Source of the DNA: Candidatus Poribacteria bacterium
Lineage (GTDB): Bacteria > Poribacteria > WGA-4E > WGA-3G
DNA length: 64,000 nt
Assembly: GCA_963665235.2 (NCBI GenBank)
Contig: CAXXLX010000002.1
Span: 320,001 to 384,000 of the forward strand
Direction of reading: 5' to 3'
Shown here: piece by piece, positions 1 through 10,150 of the stretch
How positions within the stretch are numbered: position 1 is the stretch's first letter
How the letters are laid out: every line of letters begins with the position of its first letter
Made by a program: the position numbers and the translations under genes
Notes under the pieces: model-generated
Told to the model about the DNA's origin: nothing
Databases searched by the model: none
The model's input: only the letters and a program-made list of their open reading frames with translations

Positions 1-642
1 TACTTCACCATCAAACAGAAGGGTGACATGAACAGATAGGTCATGAGGCGTGTTGTTTGTGAGTTCAACAGCCAGCCTCGGATTGTGAGGGTCAAGGCGG
101 AAGTCTCGACTAAAACTCTCGGTAAGCGCAAATTCGTGTTTCGTATTGTAGATAAACTCACCGTTGGCGGTCTCAGTAAAATCAGTGGAGACAAGAAGTT
201 CCAACTTTTCAGGGGCTCCAGAGTCTCCAATCTTTTCTATTTTCCAGGAGTTGTCGTTGCGCCTCTGAGCAATCAGGGTAATAGGGGTGCCATTTATGGA
301 AAAATTTTCAAAATTTACTCGGCCGTCGCCTCGAATAAACATATTCAGAATTCTAAGCGTCCCATCATCAAGGACAAACATCTCGATATCTGTTCCAGGA
401 TAAAAGCAACTTTCCCCAGGCTGTAAGATATCCCCTGCTTTGCAGAAGGGGCCATCAGTAGGTTCAGTTGGGGTCGGAGGACTGGGTAAGGTAAATTCTA
501 TCTTTACGGTCGCTATTTCAGGAACGGTCGTTTCTTCGCTATCTTCGCCACAACCTGCAACGAAAATAGATAGGGAAACTAAGACTGTCATTAGGAGAAT
601 TGACAAAGTCATTTTTCCAGTCATAACGAACATTTTCATCAT
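1..642 (-). CDS. Lipoprotein (partial, runs off window start) with a CKAGDILQPGESCFYPGT...WKIEKIGD domain
   Basis: Read manually on the minus strand: AGGAG SD, ATG at 642, lipobox FVAGC, open to base 1; the domain matches that of 5873-6301. Confidence 0.8.
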   Translation of the reverse strand, partial: MMKMFVMTGKMTLSILLMTVLVSLSIFVAGCGEDSEETTVPEIATVKIEFTLPSPPTPTEPTDGPFCKAGDILQPGESCFYPGTDIEMFVLDDGTLRILNMFIRGDGRVNFENFSINGTPITLIAQRRNDNSWKIEKIGDSGAPEKLELLVSTDFTETANGEFIYNTKHEFALTESFSRDFRLDPHNPRLAVELTNNTPHDLSVHVTLLFDGEV

Positions 643-693
643 AAACTCCTTTTGCATGATTTTCGATTGGATTGGGCAATCGTATTGTTGAAT

Positions 694-727
694 GGAAGGA
701 TGGCAGACAACAATCCGCCATCCTTCC
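694..727 (-). terminator. Hairpin GGAAGGATGGC...GCCATCCTTCC after the C-terminal domain; copies at ~4620-4653 (degenerate) and 5324-5357
   Basis: Inverted repeat directly downstream of the stop at 746, repeated at gene junctions. Confidence 0.6.
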
Positions 728-745
728 AACTTTCTCTGGTCCGTC

Positions 746-3700
746 CTACTTGCGTATCAACATCTTACGCGTGGCGGTGAAATCGCCTGCGGTGAGTGTG
801 TAGAAATACACACCACTTGCAACAGGTTCACCGACTGCGTTTCTGCCATCCCAATAGGCGGCACGGGTGCGAGTCTGATAGGTGCCTGCACGTTGATGTC
901 CTAAGTCTAACGCCCGGACAACACGCCCTTGGATGTCGTATATTGTCAATGATACATCCGCAGATTTGGACAACTGATAGGGTATCCATGTCTCCGGGTT
1001 GAACGGGTTCGGATAGTTGGCAAGCAGCGCGGTTTCTTCGGGGGCAACCAGTGCCAAGAACTGCTCAAGCACAGCGATCCCCGCTGATAGGTGTGAGAGG
1101 TGTTTCCCGATGCGCGCGCCTCAGTGAGCCACGCTTGGAGTTGGGCTGCGGTGAAATGGGAGTGCACCTGTGCGCGGGCAGCGGGCGCGGCTGCTGCCGC
1201 AGTATCTACCGCCGCTGCTACCAATATGAAATCGTCTACGTCGACGACTTCATCGCCGTTGACATCTGCGGTGTTGGTGCCGGTTTTCCCATACTGCAGT
1301 CCGACCTGTGCCAAATCTTGGACATCCACGACCCCATCACCGTTCACATCCTCTTTGCGGGTTACCGGTGCGGGGGTATCAGGCGGTGCACCAGCTGACG
1401 GAAGAACACCAAGAGCTATGCCGAATGGACCCCCTACTCAATCCTAATTGTGACGAGGTCTTCAATGTTTGATCCATCCAAGTTCGCACGTTGGATTTTA
1501 TCCGTGCCAAAATCTGTCCAATACATCTTGCCACCCTCAACATCTAACGCTATGCCTATGGACTACTCAATCCTTGTGTGACGAGGTCTTCAACGTTAGA
1601 GCCATCCAAGTTCGCACGCTGGATTTTATCCGTGCCATAATCTGTCCAATACATCTTGCCACCCACCACATCTAACGCTATGCCGTCTGGACTCCTCAAT
1701 CCTTGTGTGACGAGGTCTTCAATGTTTGAGCCGTCCAAGTTCGCACGTTGGATTTTATCCGTGTTAAAATCTGTCCAATCTGTCCAATACATCTTGCCAC
1801 CCACCACATCTAACGCTATGCCGTCTGGACCCCTCAATCCTTGTGTGACGAGGTCTTCAATGTTTGATCCATCCAAGTTCGCACGTTGGATTTTATCCGT
1901 GCCAGAATCTGTCCAATACATCTTGCCACCCTCTACATCTAACGCTATGCCGTCTGGACCCTCAATCCTTGTGTGACGAGGTCTTCGATGTTTGAGCCAT
2001 CCAAGTTCGCACGTTGGATTTTATCCGTGTACCAATCTGTCCAATACATCTTGCCACCCACCACATCTAACGCTATGCCGTCTGGCCCTCAATCCCTGTC
2101 GTGACGAGGTCTTCAATGTTTGAGCCATCCAAGTTCGCACGTTGGATTTTATCCGTGTCATAATCTGTCCAGAAAATCGTCAACAGGTCTTCGCCTCTAC
2201 TTGCAGTGACGAGGACTTCTGTGGTCAGCGCGGGGCCTTTATAGGTTGTGATCGCGCCATCTGCCACACTGAAGGTCAACGCACTATCCCTGACAAAGTC
2301 GGTGCCATCAAAATTCAGTTTGACCCTTATTTGTCTATCGCCGAGGCGTTTCACGGTAGCGGTGTCTACTGCTACCCCCTTGATGCCGGAGACTGTCACG
2401 GCGTTTCTGATTTTGGCAATATCCTTTTCGTAAGTCGCATCGGACAGGCTCAGCGTAACGACGCTGCCATTTAGCGTCGCCTCTGTCAATGGGGACACCA
2501 TCGAAGCGGAAACACTTTCCTTAACGGGGGTAACAGAGACTTCTGCGGTTAATGCCGCTCCCGTGTAGTTTGTGATTGCGCTTGCTGCCACGCTGAAGGT
2601 GAGTGTCGCAGTCTTGTCAAGGTTGGTACCGTCAAAATCGAGTGCAACTGTTATCCTTCTATTACTGAGGCGTTTCACTTTTGCAGTGTTTATTTTTACA
2701 CCAGTGATGCCCGATACCGTCACGGCGTTGCTAATTTTGGAGAGGTCTCGCTCATAAGTGGCACCCGTAAGGGTCAGTGTGACAGGGTCCGTATTTAGTG
2801 TCGCCTCTGTCAACCGAGATACAACCGAAAGGCTTTCCTTATGAGCAGTGACAGCTATTTCTGTAGTCAATGCCGCTCCTGTGTAGTTTGCTATAGCACC
2901 CGATGCAACGTTAAAGGTCAGTGTCGCATCCGTGTCAAAGTCGGTGCCGTCAAAACCGAGTTCAACGGTGACTTTTTTATCACTGAGACGTTGCACCTTA
3001 GCGGTATTTACCGTTACACCAGTAATACCCGATACCGCCACCGCATCCCTGATTTTGGAGAGGTCTTGCTCATAAGTGGCACCTGTCAGCGCCAGTGTGA
3101 CAGCACTCTCATTGAGTGTCGCCTCTGTTAATAGAGACACAACCGAAGCAGAGATATTTATCTCAACGCGTCCCTCAATAGCAGTGACAGGGATTTCTGT
3201 GGTGAAGGCATCTCCCGTGTAGCCTGCTATAGCCCCCGATGCAACATTAAAGGTCAGTGTGGTATCCGCATCGAAGTTCGTCCAATCAAAATCCAATTCA
3301 AAGGTTATTTCTGTGTCGCTGAGGCGTTGTACTGTTGCCGGATCTACCGTTACGCCAGGGATCCCGGATACCGTCACTGCATCTCTGATTGTAGAAACGT
3401 CCGCCTCGTAAATCGGACCTGTCAGTGTCAGTGTGACCACACTCTCATCCAAAGTCACTTCTGTCAACGGAGACACAACCGAAGCAGCAACGCCTTCTTT
3501 AATAGCAGTGACAGGGACTTCTGCGGTGAAGGCATCTCCCGTGTAGCCTGCTATAGCACCCGATCCCACGTTAAAAGTCAGTGTGGCATCCGCGTCAAAA
3601 TCAGTGCCATCAAAGGTAAGTGCAACCGTTATCTCTGTGTCGCTGAGACGTTGAATTTTAGAAGGATCTGCTGTCACACCATCAATCCCGGTTACTGTCA

Positions 3701-4568
3701 CTGTATCTCTGATTGTAGAAACGTCCGCCTCGTAAATCGGACCTGTCAGTGTCAGTGTGACGACGCTCTCATCCAAAGTCGCCTCTGTTAATGGAGACAC
3801 AACCGAAGCAACAACGCCTTCTTTAATAGCAGTAACGGGGACTTCTGCGGTGAAGGCATCTCCCGTGTAGTCTACTATAGCCCCCGATTCCACGTTAAAG
3901 GTCAGTGTGGCATCCGCGTCAAAATCAGTGCCATCAAAAGCAAGTGCAACCGTTATCTCTGTGTCGCTGAGACGTTGCACCGTGGTCAAGTCTACCGTTA
4001 CGCCATTGATACCGGATACCGATACGGCATCTCTAATTTTGGAAATGTCCTGTTCATAAGTGTGTTCGTTTAGTGTTAATGTGACGACACTCTCATCCAA
4101 AGTTGTTTCTGTCAAAGGTAATGTAACCGAAGCAGAAACCTGTGAGGGTTCGTCAAGCACGCAGGTGATGGATGTTCCAGAAGGTGCGTAACGCGTCAGA
4201 ACGCGAACGTCACCCCTCGGAACAAGTGTAAGCCAGCCGAAGTTAATACTACCACCAGCCTGAGACCTGAAGCGACCTTGGATCACAATCCCGCTTCCAT
4301 CAGAAGTATGGCCAACCAGGACGGTATGCGCCTCATTTACCGCAAAGGTATCTCTCGGAAATTCAAGTCCCTCACATAAGCGCGTTGCACGATCCAAGAG
4401 TGCTTGAAATTTATTTCCTGAAGCTGCGAAAAGATCACTTAATGCAGGATCTTCCGGCACAGTAACCGCTTCAGCAACACGGTTTACGCCTTGAAAACTA
4501 CATACCAACACTATCATCACAAAAATTGACACGGTGATTTTTTCAGTCATAACGAACATTTTCATCAT
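746..4568 (-). pseudogene. Large secreted modular protein, frameshifted: six ~107-aa beta-rich repeats, YWTD/LDL-receptor class B repeats, dockerin, Poribacteria-type C-terminal (T9SS-like/FlgD-Ig) domain
   Basis: ORFs 2073-4598, 1556-1921, 946-1347 and 746-1072 are consecutive parts of one architecture in different frames; frameshifts cluster in the repeats (possibly assembly errors). Confidence 0.8.
1425..2170 (-). repeat. Tandem ~129-bp coding repeats (GIALDVVGGKMYWTD..TDKIQRANLDGSNIEDLVTQGL)
   Basis: About six near-identical units visible in DNA and protein. Confidence 0.9.
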
Positions 4569-4730
4569 AAACTCCTTTTGCATGATTTTCGATTGCACTG
4601 GGCAATCGTATTGTTGAATGGAAGGATGGCAGACAACAAACTTCCCCCCTTCCAGATTTTGTACTGCTAACGGTTATTCAGACCAAAAATTAGCAAAGTT
4701 AAGACAAGTTTTGTCGTTGAAATTCCATAG

Positions 4731-5000
4731 GTGTCAAATATCCTAACGCCGAGTGCGGGCGTTTTTGATTCCCTCTAGCGTCAATACCAATGCCCCAAAA
4801 TCCGTGTCAAATATCCTAACGCCGAGTGCGGGCGTTTTTGATTGGACACTTGTGTGATAAAATGACCGATGTGATGTCTCGCTTCCGTGATATCCTTGTC
4901 CTCGTTGAGATGCACTTCTTCCTCCTTGAGGGTTCGGATAAGTCTTTCAGCATACCTGTTCTCCCAAGGACACCCTCTTCGGGCTAAGGAAATCTCATAA
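4731..5000 (-). mobile_element. IS3-like integrase-core C-terminal fragment with a 40-bp direct duplication (4731-4770 / 4804-4843)
   Basis: PWENRYAERLIRTLKEEEV...NQKRPHSALGYLT motif. Confidence 0.75.
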
Positions 5001-5379
5001 AGTCTGACATTTCTCAGATGTATCAAGAAAGTAGTAATCATATAGAGTTCGCAGGTATAGCCAACTGAAAATATGATATTTTGAAAAAGTTTCTTGACTT
5101 TTAATGCATGAGATGGCATCGTAATTGTTGATAATATTGACTTTAGGAGGTCATCTCATGCAAGAGAAGCTTATCAAATCTACAGAAATTTTTCAAGAAC
5201 TTTTTCTACTTACTTTCAGCGTATGTCCGAGCGTATAGTTAGGACGCTATTGTCGGTGTGTGTGCTGTCTTTTTGGTCTTTTTGCGTAATTTTCGATTGC
5301 ATCGGGCAATCAGATTGTTGAATGGAAGGATGGCAGACAACAATCCGCCATCCTTCCCCGTTTCTCTGATCGCCTTACT

Positions 5380-5658
5380 TATAGTTTGTATCAACATTTT
5401 ACGCGTGGCAGAAAAATCGCCTGCGGTGAGTGTGTAGAAATACACACCGCTCGCGCCAGGTTCACCCTGCGCGTTTCTGCCATCCCAATAGGCGGCACGG
5501 GTGCGAGTCTGATAGGTGCCTGCACGCTGATGTCCTAAGTCTAACGCACACACAACACGCCCTTGGATGTCGTATATCGTCAATGATACATCCGCAGGTT
5601 TGAACAACTGATAGGGTATCCACGTTTCTGGGTTGAACGGGTTCGGATAGTTTGCCAA
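5380..5658 (-). pseudogene. Orphan C-terminal secretion-domain relic, cut off upstream near a MITE
   Basis: ANYPNPFNPETWIPYQL...RKMLI, near-identical to 746-1020, with no N-terminal part. Confidence 0.75.
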
Positions 5659-5679
5659 TGTGAACCACCCCTCAATAAA

Positions 5680-5837
5680 TTAACGCGAGTTTGAAAAAAA
5701 GTTTTGACCTAGAGCGTTCTGTGGTAGTTTTAGCAAAAAACAGCACAAACTAGGAAGTTTATGCTACAATTATTCCGCTTTTTTCGCGATGAAAAAGGTT
5801 TAGAGCAAACGGATATTTATTATCAAGCTCACGTTAA
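5680..5837. mobile_element. ~158-bp MITE (TIR TTAACGCGAGTTTGA / TCAAGCTCACGTTAA) with an internal GTAG-REP hairpin; second copy at 42131-42285
   Basis: Imperfect TIRs; two highly similar dispersed copies. Confidence 0.75.
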
Positions 5838-5872
5838 ATTAGGTCTATCAGACGACTATTGATTCCTTAAGG

Positions 5873-6301
5873 TTAATCTCCAATTTCCTCTATTTCCCAT
5901 GAGCCATCAGCGCGTTTATTGGCAACAAGGGTATAACGTTTACCATTGATATTTGAATCCTTAATATTCAGGCCTCGGCCGACAGTAAAGAACAAGAACT
6001 GTGCGCTTCCGTTATCAAGAATAGTCAGCTCGTCATTGGTCCCAGGGTACGTACAACTGTCACCGGGTTGGAGAATATCACCGACTTGACATACCCCCTG
6101 TTCTGCGGGTTGAGGCGGTTGTTCCGGTTGCGTTTCAACCTCTTGTTCTGCGGGTTGTTCCGGTTGCGTTTCAACCTCAACAGGCTCCGGCGACTCATCG
6201 TCTGCCCCGCAGCCTATTAAAAGAGTTATTGAACAACCGATTAATAAACCCACTAAGATCAATATGAGGTGTTTTTGCGTCAATTCGTTGTTTCTAAACA
6301 T
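5873..6301 (-). CDS. Lipoprotein with Pro/Gln/Glu linker and CQVGDILQPGDSCTYPGT domain
   Basis: AGGAG SD, lipobox LIGC, domain shared with the gene at 1-642. Confidence 0.8.
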   Translation of the reverse strand: MFRNNELTQKHLILILVGLLIGCSITLLIGCGADDESPEPVEVETQPEQPAEQEVETQPEQPPQPAEQGVCQVGDILQPGDSCTYPGTNDELTILDNGSAQFLFFTVGRGLNIKDSNINGKRYTLVANKRADGSWEIEEIGD

Positions 6302-6375
6302 AAGTAGAACTCCTTTTTAGAAAAGTGTCAAGTGAGTGCTGAAGCTCTCGCTTGATCGAGAATACTTGAAAGTCT

Positions 6376-6462
6376 ATTTTCGTATCAACATCTTGCGCGC
6401 AGCGGTGAGTGTATAAAAATAGACACCATCCGCTATAGGTTCATCGAACGCGCTTTTGCCAT
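6376..6462 (-). pseudogene. Eroded C-terminal domain relic (GVYFYTLTAARKMLIRK)
   Basis: Direct translation matches the family C-terminus. Confidence 0.6.
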
Positions 6463-6533
6463 TTGCTCGGTTTTGAAGCCTCTTGGCTATGAAACCGAGG
6501 TTTCCCCAGCCTTTAGGCTGTGGGTGCTATCAC
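6463..6533 (+). mobile_element. Small IS200/IS605-type end relic (hairpins, ending CTATCAC)
   Basis: CCCCAGCCTTTAGGCTGTGGG...CTATCAC resembles the right end of the tnpB element at 18524. Confidence 0.45.
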
Positions 6534-7444
6534 CTATTGCTTCTCATGATAAAGAGCATATCTTCCGCAAGCTCTGTGAGCACTTCTACTAAATCTCTAT
6601 TTAGACGGGGGCTCACTTGACAAGGTCCATCAATCTCTAAAAAATAACCTGTGAACTCAAAATCTCCCCTGATCGTTTCAAAGTCCTGTTCAGGAATATC
6701 GACTACAAAACGGAACCCGTTATTCCGTACTTCAATAGTCCCTGACCTGGGTTTACCTACTTCAAATTCTGATAATTTACCATCTGGAATTGACCGGAAA
6801 CCCTTAATAAAATCTCCTCCAGGAGGCTCCGTAATAAAATCTGCTCCAGCAAATTTAACGGAGGCCCGCTTGGATGTTAGAACCGGCCCACCTGCTACCA
6901 GGAGACTATCACCCGGTGAGGCAGCAACTGCAACGAGATCTCCATCTGATAACAAAACCAACCCACGATTACCTACCCCAAATACAATAGGTGTCCCTCT
7001 ATAATCTTCATCTAAAGGAGGGATCCGGCAGCCGACAGTGACCTGAAAAGTTATAGGCGTTGCCGTTGCGTTGGCCTGTCCGCTGTCGTCTGCGGCGGAA
7101 ACAGTAATTGTTGTCACGCCACCCCCCATACCTGTGATAGTCAAGGTAGTGCTATTCACTGCTACAGTAGCGATAGTCGTGTCATTAGAAGACGCGCGGA
7201 TGATATGTGTGTCCCAAAGATCGGCATCGGTTATGTTGACTACTACCCTTGCCTCGTCATCCACACCAAGCGTCTGATCGGATATCGCCGCAATCACCGG
7301 TTGATTATTTTTTTCAACAATCACCGGTTGGTTATTTTCCTCTTCTTCAATTTCCCCGCACCCAACAAGAACGAAGGATGCAAGCAGAAGGGTTAGGATC
7401 AACGCGAAGCACTTTCGAGCTATAGATAACCTTTTCATATTCAT
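6530..7444 (-). CDS. Lipoprotein with an Ig/cadherin-like (NNQPVIAAISDQTL) domain
   Basis: AGGAG SD, lipobox LVGC. Confidence 0.8.
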   Translation of the reverse strand: MNMKRLSIARKCFALILTLLLASFVLVGCGEIEEEENNQPVIVEKNNQPVIAAISDQTLGVDDEARVVVNITDADLWDTHIIRASSNDTTIATVAVNSTTLTITGMGGGVTTITVSAADDSGQANATATPITFQVTVGCRIPPLDEDYRGTPIVFGVGNRGLVLLSDGDLVAVAASPGDSLLVAGGPVLTSKRASVKFAGADFITEPPGGDFIKGFRSIPDGKLSEFEVGKPRSGTIEVRNNGFRFVVDIPEQDFETIRGDFEFTGYFLEIDGPCQVSPRLNRDLVEVLTELAEDMLFIMRSNR

Positions 7445-7622
7445 AAGCAACTCCTTTTGATTAATTTCCGATTGCACCGGGCAACCGTATTAGTGAAAAC
7501 ACTGAATAAAACCCAATGCAACAAAAATAGCCCGCGACGAAACATTTCGTACAAGACGAAACTCGCGCGAGCACAAATAGAGTCCCGCAATAAGTGCTGG
7601 GACTGTTAAATTTCTAATAATA

Positions 7623-7680
7623 GTTAATTTATAATTAACATTTAGAAGGGGGGGGTAATTATCGTTAATTTAATATTAAC
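7623..7680. promoter_or_regulatory. Two 17-bp AT-rich imperfect palindromes (GTTAAT-N5-ATTAAC) flanking a G8 tract
   Basis: GTTAATTTATAATTAAC 7623-7639, GTTAATTTAATATTAAC 7664-7680, G8 7648-7655. Confidence 0.45.
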
Positions 7681-8026
7681 GATATGTTTCGAAGCTGAAC
7701 AAACGCAAGCACGACAAGGATTCGCACCGCCTGCACAGCAACTGTACGGCACGGCTAAAATCGGTTTTGGGATGCTAAAATTGTGGTGCATTTTCTGCAT
7801 CTTTTTTACCTGCATTTGCTTTATGGTTCGGAAAATTGCACGGGTTGCATTTTCCTTACCGTGTGTTAATCAATATAAACTTGATAACATCGGACTAAAG
7901 TTTGGACGATGTGTCTGCGTTTGCTGAGAGGGACAGAGATGGACTCATCTCTTTATTACCGCGTCCGGGCGGCATATCGGACCTCTCCCGATTTATAACA
8001 AATGGTGCCCGTGTTTGAAGGCATAG

Positions 8027-8168
8027 CATCAGACCGAAGTAAGCACGGTTTGCTACACACGAAGGCACAATCGTTAAAATTGTCGAACGGCGACATCAGA
8101 CCGAAGTAAGCACGGTTTGCTACCCCTGATGCGACCGGGTGCCAAAAAACGAGCAGAATCTATCAGAC
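8027..8168 (-). CRISPR. Orphan CRISPR-like mini-array: two identical 30-bp repeats plus a partial third, with 37-bp unique spacers
   Basis: CATCAGACCGAAGTAAGCACGGTTTGCTAC at 8027-8056 and 8094-8123; TATCAGAC at 8161 (exact 67-bp period); no cas genes in the window. Confidence 0.45.
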
Positions 8169-8200
8169 ATTTTCCAAACTTTCACTTTATCACTTTAATA

Positions 8201-8229
8201 ATTATACAAACAATTGCATTTTTTGTCAA
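8201..8229 (-). promoter_or_regulatory. Consensus sigma70 promoter TTGACA-17-TATAAT reading into the mini-array; second promoter TTGACC-17-TACACT at 8323-8351
   Basis: Exact consensus hexamers with 17-bp spacing. Confidence 0.75.
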
Positions 8230-8361
8230 CTTTTTTTGAAAAAAATGACAAATATGCCTGTACAACATCTTTTTTTGCGATGTGTTTGGTGAAAATCGTT
8301 GATTTTTCCGTTCACATATTTCAGTGTACAATATTTCACGAAAAAGGTCAATTAATTTTTC

Positions 8362-8473
8362 AGGACTTACGCAGCGCGTTGATAAAGTCCATAGATAATG
8401 GGATTTAAAGTGAGACCTAGCGGGCGAGGTGACCTCGCCCCTACGAGGTTCCTACTAAATTTGCGTAAGTCCT
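8362..8473. mobile_element. MITE-like element, TIR AGGACTTACGCA/TGCGTAAGTCCT, containing the REP GTAGGGGCGAGGTCACCTCGCCC
   Basis: Perfect 12-bp TIR; internal GTAG palindrome. Confidence 0.7.
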
Positions 8474-8573
8474 ATTTTTGATATTTTGCCAGAGGTATTT
8501 AGAATGGGCAATCGCTTGCACAGCACGCTCCTACAGAAGAAAATCGCGTGCCCAGCACGCTCCTACAGAGCTG

Positions 8574-9764
8574 CTATGAATGAGGTTCCGCTGAATAGAG
8601 GTGGACATCCCGTTGTGGGTAGGGAATTTGGACTTCGTATTCCTTAAATTTTTCCCAAATCATAAAGTGAAGGTCGCTGTTAATATCAAACCGCTCAAAA
8701 GCGTTCGGAATCCATGATAATAGTTCAAAATTTAAGGTGTATTCACCGAAGTTGGTGAATCGAACGGATGGTGCGGCGACATCTTCTATTTCAGGTATCG
8801 GTTCTTTAAGGACTTCTGGGTGTGCATGTGCAACTTCAAGTAGGGTTTTTTTGACGAGCTCTACGTCCGATTTATATGATACGCTGACAGGTATACGTAT
8901 GCGGAAGAAGTTGTTATAGTGTGTGAGATTGTGAACTGATTCCGAAATTAATTGTGAGTTCGGAACGATAATCTCCTTTTCATCGAGGGCGACGATGACT
9001 GTCGATCGGAAATTGATGGAGCTCACTTTGCCAAATACGTCTATATCCATGATTTCCACAAGATCGCCGATCTTGATCGGTTTCTCAAATATCAGGATAA
9101 CACCGGAGATTAGGTTCGATGCAAGATTCTGTAGACCGAAACCGATACCGATACTCAATCCACCGAAGATGAGTGCCATGCTTGTTAAATCTAAACCGAG
9201 TATCCCGAAGCTGATAAGAACGCTGATAGTGATAAGGGTAACGTGAAAGAAACGGAGTATAAGAAATTGGGTGTGTTGTTCAATTTGAAAAGCTTGTAAA
9301 ACTTGTCGGCGCAGCACCCATTGGGCATATTTTGAGAGGACAAACGTGCCAAAGATGATAACGAATGCGTAGAAAAGTTTCTCTAATGTCAGTTGCCTTC
9401 CATCTTCTGTGGATACTTGTTGCTGGTCGTTTTCTGAGGATGCTTCCTGCTCAGCTTCGGTCTCATCCTGCTTTTTGGAGGGTTGGAATAGGTCCGTGAG
9501 GGATGTTGTTAAGAATTCATCCAGCTCGATGGTACCTATTCCTGATAGATTAAACGCTAATCCGATTCCTATACCGACAACGATGAGAAAGAGCAGTGCA
9601 AGCAATCGGGTTCGGATGTTTTGAGGTATTTCCATCCGATTGAAAAGTCGCCTGAAACTTCGACGTGAAATTTCGGCAAGCACTAAAGCACCTATTAGAA
9701 TTCCGACAAACGTCAGATGTTTGAGGTTAATTGTATTTAGGAGTTGTTGGAACCATTGACTCAT
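8574..9764 (-). CDS. mscS: Small-conductance mechanosensitive channel family protein
   Basis: GLSIGIGFGLQNLASNLISGVILIFEKPIKIGD and IPYPQRDVH motifs. Confidence 0.9.
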   Translation of the reverse strand: MSQWFQQLLNTINLKHLTFVGILIGALVLAEISRRSFRRLFNRMEIPQNIRTRLLALLFLIVVGIGIGLAFNLSGIGTIELDEFLTTSLTDLFQPSKKQDETEAEQEASSENDQQQVSTEDGRQLTLEKLFYAFVIIFGTFVLSKYAQWVLRRQVLQAFQIEQHTQFLILRFFHVTLITISVLISFGILGLDLTSMALIFGGLSIGIGFGLQNLASNLISGVILIFEKPIKIGDLVEIMDIDVFGKVSSINFRSTVIVALDEKEIIVPNSQLISESVHNLTHYNNFFRIRIPVSVSYKSDVELVKKTLLEVAHAHPEVLKEPIPEIEDVAAPSVRFTNFGEYTLNFELLSWIPNAFERFDINSDLHFMIWEKFKEYEVQIPYPQRDVHLYSAEPHS

Positions 9765-9817
9765 TTTATATCCATCCTAAGCGCGTTCCGTGCGCGTAGT
9801 GTCCGTTCTATCTAATC

Positions 9818-10150
9818 CTATATTCCGAGAGGCAGTCCGATGTTTGCGATAAGTGATAGCCCAAATAGGCCAATGAGAAAACCGATACCGATAGAGATGG
9901 CAAATCCCACTGCGGCATAAAGGAGTTGAATACTTCTTGCCTTGGCTGTATAAGCTTCGGTGTAAAATAGGATGTATTCCTGCGATTTTTCAAGCAGCCG
10001 GGCTGCTGGCGGTGTTGACTGATAGATGTATGCGATGAGCAGTCCTACTGGGCCTAGGAAACAACCGACAAGGAGCCATAGAATTTTGGTGACATCAACT
10101 TCTGCCTCCTGTTCGGCAATCATTCGGGCTTGGTGTTGTTCATTATTCAT
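9818..10150 (-). CDS. Small membrane protein, hypothetical
   Basis: Two hydrophobic segments; AAGGA SD before MNNEQ. Confidence 0.7.
   Translation of the reverse strand: MNNEQHQARMIAEQEAEVDVTKILWLLVGCFLGPVGLLIAYIYQSTPPAARLLEKSQEYILFYTEAYTAKARSIQLLYAAVGFAISIGIGFLIGLFGLSLIANIGLPLGI

Noticed and set aside
620-730. Integron attC sites or a DGR in the cassette-like array
   Set aside because: No integrase or reverse transcriptase in the window, no clear RYYYAAC/GTTRRRY pairing, and differences between copies are not adenine-specific
7960-8170. Hammerhead ribozyme or c-di-GMP riboswitch
   Set aside because: CTGATG is not followed by the CUGANGA/GAAA core; GEMM second stem not found
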